A stretch of DNA of 64,000 nucleotides from Mobula hypostoma (taxonomy: Eukaryota). The DNA is taken from assembly GCF_963921235.1 (NCBI RefSeq), contig NC_086097.1:150228001-150292000 (forward strand), written 5' to 3'. A program made the position numbers and the translations under genes. Below are positions 53,002 to 64,000 of this stretch, in pieces; position 1 is the first letter of the stretch; every line of letters begins with the position of its first letter. The notes under the pieces are model-generated. The model was not told the DNA's origin and ran no database searches. It saw only the letters and a list, made by a program, of their open reading frames with translations.

Positions 53002-53106
53002 AAGTGCAAAAATTAGGACTATCATTCCAGTTGATGAGTACTTCCCATGATTCTCATTCCAGTTGTTACAAATGTACTTAAAAAAATGTGGGTTCACAAC
53101 TAATAC
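52987..53106 (-). CDS. ST3GAL1: Penultimate coding exon of the ST3GAL1-like gene (sialylmotif S)
   Basis: 120-nt phase-0 exon [40 protein letters not shown]; acceptor TATTTTCAG, donor GAG|GTAAAT. Confidence 0.92.
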
Positions 53107-55404
53107 CTGAAAATATAAAGATCAAGAAATCTGATTTAGAGGAGATTTGTCTTTGGTCTCGAGGAAGGCAAATAATAAGTTTATAAAATTATATTTAAAA
53201 AATCTGAAATAATGGGAAATGCTGGAAGCACTCGGCAGGTCAGGCAGTCTCTTTCGGAAATAGAAACTGGTAAAGGCATTTCAACGCTTTCATCAAAAGT
53301 GGGGAGGAGAGAAAATAAACTGGCTTTCAATTGTAGACTGTGTATGGGTGGGAGGGCAAATAAGGCGATGGGAATATCTCTTGACAGATCACAAAACTAC
53401 TTCTTTCACTTTGCTTACTTTATCTTTTTCTTTCAAATTTGGTCCTGCTACTATTGGAGCCTGTGATCTACATTTTGTTTTCAGGCTGACTGAGCAATCT
53501 GGCCCTTTACTAACTGTGAGGCAGTTCAGCAAGGTTTCGAGTGAGGCATGCAGTCTGAAGGCCAAGAAGCCTGGAGATGAGGCGCACTCCCAAGATGGTC
53601 TCCCATTTCTCACTGATCCCACTGATTAAACTATCGAGCCAGATTCAAATCAATGGGCATCAGAGCAGAAGGCGGGTGGGTGAGCTCTCTTTCCCCCTCC
53701 CCACCTCTCTCTCTCGCTCCCTCCCTCTCTCCCCTCACTTGATGTTGCCAAAGTACATGGATCATGGGCAAAGTTTAACTGATGCCATTTGTCGATTGAC
53801 TCCGTAGTTCACGTTATGAGGTGCTCCTGGTTTCTGGATGCTCCTTTTTTTTTTGTTGCTGTATCGTGCGATTTCAATTGGAGCGGACTAGGCTGCAGCC
53901 TGCAGATAGCGAGAGACACTGTGCTGGAGAGCCCGGACACTTTTGATGTTTTTGTGATTTAGTGTTTCATATTCTGTGTTCTTCACCCCCTTTTTTGTTG
54001 GCGTTTGCGCAACTTGTTCTTATTTTTCTGCATGCTGGGGGCTTTGATGTTTTTCTTTAAACATGGTTTCCTTTGTTGAGGGCAGGGTTGCAGTGGGATA
54101 TAAATGATTGAGCTAATAGGTTAATAGAGGCAGTAAGAGAGCAAGAACGTGAACATGCAAAATAAATGCAAAGCTGTGGAACATACTCGGAGGATCAGGC
54201 TGCATGTTTTAAGAGCTGGTTTAATATTTTCCAGATCTATAAATACTAAGATTAAGCAAATATAACACCAGGCTCGATGGCTTAAAAAAGAAACCAACAG
54301 TAACTTGATTTTTCCCACCCCCTCCTCCTGTCAGCATTGGTGGTACTTCCCCATACCATGGTTCCTCTGTCCTTCTTGTATCAGCATCACTCCTATTGTA
54401 TATTTCAATTCCTGCATACCCCACAAATCTTTTAACCCCTTGATTGTCATATTTATGTATTCTCACTCAGGACTAAAGACTATGTTTACACTGCCCTTCC
54501 AAATGCGCACCAGTCCTCCCTAAGATTTTTTCCAGTGGTCTCCCACCTCTGACATAAGGCTCATTAGCCATTGGTACCTGGCTTATCAGCTGATCTTCTT
54601 AAATAGAGAACCAATATCAACTTACCAATAATCTTCTGGCACCTCACTTGTGGCTAGTGGAGATACAAAGAATCTCTATCACAGTCCCAGCTATCTCCAT
54701 CCTTGCTTCTCATAGTGGCCTGGGATAGACCTCATCTGGCCATGAGGATTTTTCAGTTTCTATGTGATCCAAGACACCTCTAATTTCTTAAATAGCCAAG
54801 TCAGTATAAACCTGAACATGTTGCTCTTCAACTCTATCTCTTTGTGAATACAGATGATAAGTATTAAATACAGATGATAAGTATTAATTTAGGACTTGGT
54901 TCCACACATAGATTACCCATTTTGGTTCCTAAGAGGACCTAATTTTGCTTTGGCCACCATTTTGCTCCTGCCTTGGGATTCTCTTTAACCTTACTTGCCA
55001 AAGATATTTCAGGACCTATCTTTTCCCATCAAGTTTCTTTCAGAACTTCATTCCTTAAGAGACTCCTTTGATCCTGTTTCTTCAAATAATTCTAACAAAA
55101 TTATTAAATATAATTTTCCCTTCACACAACCCTATTGATTTTCCCTGATAACCAGTTTTGCTAAATACCCTGTTATTACAACTTTAACAATTGTTTCTCA
55201 GATAAATATCGCTATCTAATCTCCATCCAATTGCATGAATTCACTATTTTCTGATCTAATGTGCCCTTCCCTGAATTGAAGGAATTTTGGAAAATTAAAA
55301 TGAATCATTTTACTAACCATTTCCTTTATGACTCAAGGATGAAATCCAACAGGATCTGATGATTTGTCCAACAATTTGCTCAATAAAATGCTTTTTGAAA
55401 CTTA

Positions 55405-55565
55405 AGATAGAAACCATAGAAAAAATACAGCACAGAAACAGGCCTTTTGGCCCTTCTTGGCTGTGCCGAACCATTTTCTGCCTAGTCCCATTGACCTGCA
55501 CACGGACCATATCCCTCCATACACCTCCCATTCACGTATCTGTCCGATTTATTCTTAAGTGTTAA
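55405..55565 (-). mobile_element. CR1 3' tail
   Basis: CATAGAAA...CAGCACAGAAACAGGCC...CCTAGTCCCA resembles the CR1 3' end at ~24100. Confidence 0.65.
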
Positions 55566-58500
55566 AAAAGATTCTAGAGAAAAATCTACATCATTTCTCT
55601 GTCATGTGCTTGATACACACATTCAAGTAGGCAGATTCTACAATGAGTCTCAGATTTGGAAGCTTCTTCCTGAAAACCGTTGCCATACATCGTATTTAAT
55701 CTCAGTTATGTTTTCTTGTAGGATCCCTGCATCTTGTTTCTTTCCTCTGAAATCCAAAGACCTATTGTGATTTTGAATATTGTCAATGACACAGCATTCA
55801 TGGCTCTCAAGGGTAGGGAATTCAAAAGATTTATAGCCCTTTGTGAGAGGAAAATTTTCTTCATCTCCAGCCGCCTTACCTAAGCTACTAAATGCCATAA
55901 TCTGCCTGTGTCCATAATTGGTCCAAAACTATCATAAGCCGTGTTTGCTGAGGATGGTCTATGGATGGTAGTTCATTTTGCTCTCTTTAGATATGTAATA
56001 ATTTATGCCCAGTGGAAACCAGTCTCCAAATCACTTTCATTGACTTGAGTGGAAATAAACTTTAGTAGCAAAGTTCTATTACTGCATTGTGAGCTTTGTG
56101 CAAACAACAAATGATGATTGCTTTTCTGAGATCCATTTTACTCTCCCTCACCTTAGAAGTCAAAATTCCACCTTAAAATGAACACAATGCGGGAACTCAC
56201 AAAGAAACATCCATGCAGCACCCACCACCCAGGTGATCTCTTCTCACTGCTGCCATCAGGAAAAAGGTACAGGAGCCTTAGGATCCACACCACCAGGTTC
56301 AGGAACAGTTTTTACCCCTCAACCATCAGGCTCTTGAATCAGAGAGGATAACTTCACTCACCTATCACTGAACTGTTCACTTTCACTTTCAAGGATACAT
56401 CATCTCAGTTTCTAGATACTTATTACTTTTATTATTTTTTTCTACTTTTTTTCTCTGCTCAAGCTGGTAAAGCCTGAGGTGCAGGCATAGCCAAGCACAC
56501 TGAGTTATCAACTGTTAGGAACTTTCAGACTATTCTAGTGGTGTTTATTATTGTGGCTTCTAGAGATTTACATAGATATTGCTGTTTAGCCCTAATTGTT
56601 TAATACTATTGTGTAGTGTCTTTGGGATGATACCAGTTGTAGATATTACTATTGGGACAATGTATACTCTGTTCATGTTCCAAAGTCTTTCAATTTCCTC
56701 TTTTAATTCAGCATATTTCTGGTGTTTTTCACTTAGTAATTTCTGTGAGTTATGTGTGTTTGGAATGGCTATATCTATTAAATAAGTTGTTCTTGCTTGT
56801 TTACCCTGTGTAATTATATCCAGATGGTTATTATGGATTGTCCTATCCGTATGAAGTTTGCCACTTGATTGTGCCTGTGTAAGTAGCCAGATTGTGTTAA
56901 ACTGCTACAGCAACGTTATTATTTTTTTTGTATTTGCAGTTTGTTGTTTTTTGCACATTAGTTGCTTGTCCATCCTGTTGAGTGCAATCTTTCATATCGC
57001 GTTTCTTGGATTTACTGAGAATGCCCACAAGAAACTCAACCTCAGGGTTATATAATGTAACATATATGTACCTTGATAATAAATTTACTTTGAACTTTGA
57101 ACAGTTGTTGTCCTGCCTTTCAATTCTTTTGATTGCACACTATTCAGATATCAACAGAGTCGCATTCTTCAGTTTGCATATAAGGGATCAATGTAGCAAC
57201 ATACAGTATATGCTATCACTGATGTTGAACCACTGGAGGGGCAGAATATTTCCATTCATGGAGGCATGGTGGCACAGCAGACCATTCAGCCCATCCCACA
57301 TGCTATCTCTGTTTTACAGCCGTCTTCTGCTCTTTTCCCTGTGCCTGCAAGTTTACTTCCCTCCACTATTCTTTTATTAGGCAATAAGCTTCAGGTGTTA
57401 AAAACGTTCCTCCTCATATACCCAATATAATTCTTAAATCTGTGTCCTCTAGTTCTTGTCTCCTTATGTAAAATCTATCCTTGCCTTGTACAGCACAATA
57501 AAACTTCACCTCAGCCTCTTGTGCTCCAAGCATAATCCCAGCTCCTTCAACCTCTCCTTGTATCTAAGATACCTCAATACTGGAATCATTCTGGTGGGCG
57601 TCCTTTGCACCTTCTCAAAGACCTTCACAATTTTTTTCTAAAATGTCGTGACTTGAACTATATGTAACAACCTAGTTATGGTCTATCCAATGTGTTATGA
57701 AAGTTCACCATAACATCTCACATATTGCATTTGATAACCTATTGACAGAGTCTACCATCACACGTACTTTATTTTCTTCTCTCTCAATATGTACTGGTAT
57801 CTTCAAAATAACTATGCACATAAATCCCTAGGTTCCCTTTATAAGGTTGTCATTAACAGCATGCATTTCTCTCTCTTGTCTGCCAAGGTACAACACCTTA
57901 CATTTCTCTGTATGAAATTTGCTTGTTCTGCTCATCCATATCCTATCAAACTCACTGTTCACCATAACTCCACATCTGGAGAATAAAACCCAGATCATAG
58001 ATTACTACAGTGAAGGGGCAGGACCTTTGACCTATGGTAGCTGAGCTGAACACAAGGCTAACTTAAGCTAAATCTCTTCAGTCTGCTCACGGTCCATATC
58101 ATTTCATTCCCTGCATATTTGCATGCCCATCTAAAACCCTTTTATGGACCATTATCTTGCCTGCTTCTGCTACTATCCATGCAGTCCATTCCAGGCACTT
58201 AACACTCTCTGTACAAAAAACTTACCCTGCACATCTACTTTAAACTTTCCCTCTCTCAGCTCAAATGCATGCCTGCTTGTTTTTGACATTTCTACCCTGG
58301 GAAAAGCCTTGTCAATGGCAAATATTGAAATTTTACTCTATATTTGAATATCTAAGTCATTTTATATATTATTGGTTTCAGCAGACAATTTTGACATATT
58401 AACATGCATAATTAACATCTGAAAAATTAGAACATTAATCGGCAAGCACATTCATCACTCACATTACTGCCATAGTTTTTGCAAAAATCTGATATCTTCA

Positions 58501-59756
58501 TGATCACTATTACAAGATTTTCATTGTAAAATTTAAACTCCTCTGCATTTTGACAGATAATCCACATTTTTGATTCCTAGTCCTTTAGCTTAACCAGCAT
58601 AATCCTATATAACTTTTTTTGAATTACCTTTGGAAATATGGTGAGAAGTTGATAATGAAGAATTCACATTTTTAAAAAATTGTCTTTAACTTTGACGATA
58701 ATCTTGCTCTCTCATGTGGCAACTGAGCCCCAGTGATTTTGTCTACTTTACCTTTAATATGTCTAATTTACAATTTGAGATTCCCATTCCAGTCAGAGAT
58801 AAATCATGACTTCTGAGTTACAGTCAGTGTGAGATGGCACTTAGAAAGTTTAAGAGCAATAGTACAAAACTAAAGCAGTGTGGTTGCTGAAGATCTGCAA
58901 TAAACGCAGAATCTTGCAGAAATACTCAGCAAGTCAGGTGACATCAGAGGAGAGAATTAATGCTTCAAGTTGATGATCTTTTCTTAGTACAAATAGTTGT
59001 TTTTTATTTGAAGCGTCATTGAAATACTGATTTGTTTCTCCTTACACAGAAATGTAGTGTACCATTTTAATGTATTGTCTGTTTATATTTGTTTGGGACC
59101 ATTGGTAACAAGATGGCAATGTTCTAGGGTTAGTTCAGTTAGTTTTTGCACTTGTCAAATTTGAATGACATCCCAGTGCTGTATCTTGGCTGAAAACATC
59201 AGCCATCCCTTTGCTTCCAGATGCTTTTGCTTTCTCCAGCTGTTTGCTTTCTGTATCAAATTATAGTTTTCAGAGGAGAATTTCATGATGTTGTAGAATT
59301 GACATTTACTTTAAGCTCGCTGATGTCACCTTTGGCAGCATAACAAAAACTTAGTTCAACAACCCAAGTTATGCCATACTTCCAAATCCATTGCTAAAGT
59401 TCATTCAAACAAAGCAAGTATTGTTACAGTGGCTGGGTCCAGCTCCAGATGGTATGATTACACTGCTAAATCAAAGTTTGACAACCCTTAACTAAAATAT
59501 GTGCTGGATTCAGTACTCCAGAGTACAGCTCTCAGCTGAAGTGGACTAAAAAGAGCGGAAAGAAGACAGAACATTATGGCACAGTACAGGCCCTTTGGCC
59601 CACAATGTTGTGCCAACTTTTTAACCTACTCTAAGATCAATCTAACTCTTCCCTCTTAAGTAAACCTCTATTTTTTAATCATCCATGTGTTAATTTTTCA
59701 AATGTTAATTACATGCATGATAATATATCAAAATTGTATTGTGTGTTTTTAATTAA

Positions 59757-59960
59757 ATTTGTTGTTGTTCAGTTGTTAAGTTGAGTCCGACTCTTCGTGA
59801 CGTCATGGAACCGAGGGTTTTCATGGCAAGATACGGAAGTAGATTGCCAGGCCTTTCTCCCGTGCAGATACTGCTGCTGCCCAGGATGGGGCCTGACTGG
59901 CACTCAGGACCATTTTCCTTGAGGTCCAGTGCTGACGTCACTACACTGCCAGCTGGCCCT
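59757..59960 (-). mobile_element. tRNA-headed SINE with an RTE/BovB-like tail
   Basis: The + strand GTTGTTGTTCAGTTGTTAAGTTGAGTCCGACTCTTCGTGACGTCATGG resembles the RTE-BovB 3' end; degenerate tRNA-like head at ~59890-59957. Confidence 0.55.
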
Positions 59961-60323
59961 GCTCTGTAATTACATTTACAGAACATCACACTGGGCATTC
60001 AGCTGCACAATGCCTGTATTTTTCTGCATCCACAAGTTTTCTTTTATCATTAAAGGCACAAGGTTTTGCACATGAACGTTGGCATTCACTTCCCAATCAT
60101 TATGCACCCTGATGAGTCTACAACAGCAAAAGTCTGGTTCTCAACATGTCACAATGATTATCCTTTCAACAGGTGGGATTTTCATTTCTTTATTCCTAAT
60201 CCTGTAGTCTCATCACAATTACCCCAAAAGATCTTTGTTGGATTGCTTTTGAGAACACTACCAAATGACTGAAATTTCATCAGGTCCAGTGGCTTTACCC
60301 TGTTTCATGATTTTCATTGCTTT

Positions 60324-63300
60324 AGTTATTTCTTCGACGGCGACCGGGGCAGAACGGACTGGCAACCCAATCTGCATCCTCTGAGAGGAGGACCCCCACA
60401 AAAGTCACAAAGAATCTAAGGAAAAGATACCCCCAGAGGTGCCCGAGAGGGGGGGAGGATGAGCACCCCAGTCGGATGGACACAACGACATCAGAGCCAG
60501 GCAATGAACAAACGACGATGAGGAAGCAGTGTGCATGTGGCAAAATCTGCAAGAACGATCGCGGCTTGAAGATCCACCAAGTGAGGATGAAGTGTTTGGC
60601 GGGAGCAGGAGCAGCACAACGCGCAGGTGTCCAACCTGGTGAGACGAGGGAGGAGCCAGGCCCAGAGTCACCCCATAGTGCCCAGAACCACCAAGTGTTG
60701 CAAACTAATCCCTCGAACATGAAGTCTAACAGGAGGCAGATCAAATGGCCTGCAGCTAACATGACTTCACTGTGGAAACAGTTTGATGAAGATGTTGACC
60801 AAATTCTGGAGGCAACGGCGAAGGGAGGGGTTGATAGGAAGCTGGAAGCCATGACAACAATTATTGTCAGTATCGCAGCTGAACCGTTCGGAGAAGAGGA
60901 GAAGGGAGGCTCCAAAACATCTTACTCGAAGAACCAAAGAGCATCGAGGATCCACAACATCAGGCAGGAGATGAAAGCGCTGAAGTCCCAATACAAGGAG
61001 GCAGGAGAAGAGGAGTGCATTGGCTTGGCCCAGCTGATGTGCATACTACGAAAGAAGATCAGGGTCCTCCACCGGGCAGAGTGGCATCGGAGGCTGCGTC
61101 GTGAAAGGGCCCGAAAACGTGCTGCCTTTATCGCCAACCCCTTCAAGTTCAGCAAGGAGTTGCTGGGGGAGAAGCGCAGTGGGAAACTGGCCTGTTCGCA
61201 GGAAGACAAAGACCAACATCTGAAGAAGATATATAATGATCCTGAAAGAGAGCAGGAGTTGGGAGAGTGCGACATCCTAATAGACCCACCTGAACTGGAT
61301 GTGCAGTTCGACATGTCGGAGCTGCAACTAGAGGAAGTCAGAGAGGTCGTCCGCAAAGCAAGGGCAAGCTCGGCTCCAGGACCAAGCAACACCTCGTACC
61401 AAGTGTACAAGAACTGCCCCAAACTCCTGCTGCATCTGTGGAAGATCCTGAGAACCTTTTGGAGAAGGGGGAAAATCTCAGAACAGTGGAGAGTGGCTGG
61501 AGGGGCATGGATCCCGAAGGAGGAAAATGCCACCCAGATAGATCAGTTTCGCATCACCTCCCTGTTGTGTGTCGAGGCGAAGATCTTTAGTGCAGTTTCT
61601 AACCGGCTGTGCACCTACCTAGCAAAGAACACCTATATTGATACATCAGTCCAGAAGGGTGGCATTTCAGGGATGCCGGGCTGTCTGGAGCACATCGGTG
61701 TGGTGACACAGCTCATCGGGGAGGCCAGAGAGAACAAGGACAACCTGTCAGTGTTGTGGCTCGACCTGGCAAATGCATATGGCTCCATTCTGCACAAGCT
61801 GGTGCAGCTCACACTGACCAAATATCACGTTCCCAGCAGAATCAGAGGCCTTATCGCTGATTATTACAGCAACTTCAGAATGAGGGTCTCTTCAGGAGCA
61901 ATTACATCAAGCTGGCACAAGATGGAGAACAGCATCATCACAGGGTGCACTATCTCAGTGACACTGTTCTCCCTAGCCACGAACATGCTCACTAAGTCTG
62001 CTGAACCAGAGTGCAGAGGGCCCAGAATGAATTCCGCTCAACGGCAACCACCTATCAGGGCATTCATGGATCACCTCACAGTCACCACAGAATCAGTCCC
62101 AGGCTGCCGGAGGATTCTGCAGGGGCTCGAAAAGCTGGTGGAGTGGGCCTGGATGCGTTTCAAACCTGCCAAATCAAGATCGATGATGCTGAGGAAAGGG
62201 AAGGTGGAGAACAAGTTCCGGTTCAGCATCGCAGGCACAGCCATCCCAACCATCACAGAAAAGCCAGTCAAGAGCTCAGGCAAAGTTTTTGACAGCTCTT
62301 TAAGGGACACAACATCCATTCAGGCAACATGCACCGAGTTGGATGGCTGGCTGAAATCTGTGGACAAGTCTGGCCTACCTGGGAAGTTTAAAGCCTGGGT
62401 GTATCAGCATGGCATTCTTCCCAGAATCCTATGGCCCCTCCTCATCTATGCAGTTCCGATCTCGACAGTCGAAACCTTAGAGAGGAGGGTTAGCAACCAC
62501 CTCAGGAGATGGCTGGGGCTGCCAAAGAGCCTAAGCAGCATCGCACTCTATGGACACAACAAACTGCAACTGCCCTTCAAATCCTTGGAGGAAGAATTCA
62601 AGGTAACAAGAGCCAGAGAAGTGCTACAGTATAGGGTCTCAAGTGACCCGAAGGTGGCTAGAGCAGGGATCCAAGTAAGTACTGGCAGGAAGTGGAGGGC
62701 AGAGGAAGCTGTTCAGGAGGCAGAGGCGAGGCTGCGTCACAGAAGGTTGGTGGGAGTGGTCACACGAGGCCGAGCTGGGCTAGGATCCTTTCCAATCCCC
62801 AAATGGACACCAGAGGGAAGGAAAAGCATCGTCTAGTTCAGGAGGAGGTGAGGGCAGTAGTGGAGGAGATGAGAGCCTGCAAGGTGGTGGGAATGAAGCA
62901 ACAGGGAGCTTGGACAAGATGGGAGAATGCGGTTGAGAGGAAAATGACCTGGGCTGATCTTTGGAAAGCTGAACCACACCGCATCCAATTTCTCATCCAG
63001 GCAGTGTACGATGTGCTTCCAAGCCCATCAAACCTGCACACATGGGGCAAGGCAGAGTCATCTGCGTGCCCACTGTGCTCCAAGCGAGGAACCCTGGAGC
63101 ACATCCTCAGTGGCTGTGCAAGGGCACTTGGTGAGGGACGGTATAGGTGGAGGTATGATCAGGTCCTGAAGACCATCGCTGAAGCCGTCAGCACAGGAGT
63201 TGAGTGGGCAAAGCGGTCCCGACTCTCCAAGCAGACCATTGCCTTTGTCAGAGCTGGGGAGCAGCCAATACCCGTCAAAAGAACATCTGCAGGCATTCTG

Positions 63301-63869
63301 ACCTCTGCAAGGGACTGGCAGCTGTTGGTGGACCTCGAAGGGCAGCTGAAGTTCCCCAACCATATCGCAGCCACCACCCTGCGACCAGACATTGTCCTAG
63401 TGTCTGAGTCTACTAAGCAAGTGGTGCTGCTGGAGCTGACAGTCCCATGGGAAGATAGCTTGGAAGAGGCCTTTGAAAGGAAGCTCTCCAAGTACGCAGG
63501 ACTGGTCAGTAACTGTCAGCAGGCTGGATGGAAAGCGGGGTGTCTCCCAGTGGAGGTTGGTTGTAGGGGATTCGTAGCCCGTTCTTTAGTTAGAGCCTTC
63601 AGCATTTTGGGCATCGAGGGAGAGAGGAAGAGGAGAGCCATCCGCAGTACCACCGATGCGGCAGAGAGGGCCTCAAGATGGCTGTGGCTCAAAAGAGGGG
63701 AGCCATGGAGTCATAAGTAGCTAGCCATCTGGACACAAGCTGGGGTCTGATCAGCCCCGGCTGGGTCACCTGGAGGAGGTTGTATGATGTTGAAAGACCC
63801 GAAACATCCAATGATTCCAGGAACATCACTGAAGATGTGTCCAGAAGCATCAATAGATGTATGTACACA
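60324..63869 (+). mobile_element. Near full-length RLE non-LTR retrotransposon (HERO clade, R2 group)
   Basis: N-terminal zinc finger CACGKICKNDRGLKIH; RT motifs APGP, LDLANAYGS and AFMDHL; CPLC...HILSGC knuckle; RPDIVL...LLELTVPWE endonuclease. One frameshift near 62790; possible 5-bp TSD GCTTT. Confidence 0.92.
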
Positions 63870-63973
63870 GCTTTCGTAATAGGTGGGCCAGAATTAGGGT
63901 GTTTAATATCTGAGGGCTCCCCTCTATTATCCTCAAACAGCTGCTCTATATACTGAATCCACCTCTCACATAC

Positions 63974-64000
63974 TTTATCTGGATCCGTTAGTATGGATCC
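63974..64000 (-). CDS. ST3GAL1: Probable 3' part of the preceding short ST3GAL exon (cut by the window edge)
   Basis: GSILTDPDK|GTATGT, a phase-0 donor, fits the ...DK| exon end of ST3GAL1/2. Confidence 0.5.

Noticed and set aside
52255..53097. Repeated ORFs such as [16 protein letters not shown] and [15 protein letters not shown]
   Set aside because: Chance translations of the Penelope pLTR; only 52987-53106 is a real exon.
54847..54886. 20-bp direct tandem AATACAGATGATAAGTATTA
   Set aside because: Simple slippage duplication in old repeat sequence; no spacers, so not an array.
60066..60272. IIMHPDES resembling the sialylmotif-L-adjacent FMYPES
   Set aside because: Wrong strand relative to ST3GAL and no other motif residues.
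60322..61533. Long antisense ORFs (197 and 203 aa)
   Set aside because: Shadows of the HERO ORF on the opposite strand.

Overview
Repeat-dense vertebrate genomic DNA. The repeat repertoire suggests a cartilaginous fish (probably a ray); this is inference only. Most of the window is a nested mosaic of decayed transposable elements: L1, Rex1/Babar, CR1, Penelope (with hammerhead ribozyme motifs), a full-length RTE, a near-intact HERO-type RLE retrotransposon, a complete PNMA-Gag Gypsy provirus, a class-I ERV-like remnant, three solo LTRs, Tc1, hAT and Harbinger DNA transposons, and tRNA-derived SINEs. Host content is (i) the 3' coding exons of an ST3GAL1/2-type sialyltransferase on the minus strand (53106-52987, 51969-51796, probably also 64000-63974) and (ii) an unidentified coiled-coil exon present twice through a ~4.4-kb tandem duplication, whose two copies are about 10x more alike than their flank. 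The most interesting signals are a predicted double-pseudoknot RNA in the HERO 3' UTR, two tandem 82-bp hairpins centred on a hammerhead core inside the last ST3GAL intron, and the conserved duplicated exon. All calls were made by eye, without database searches.
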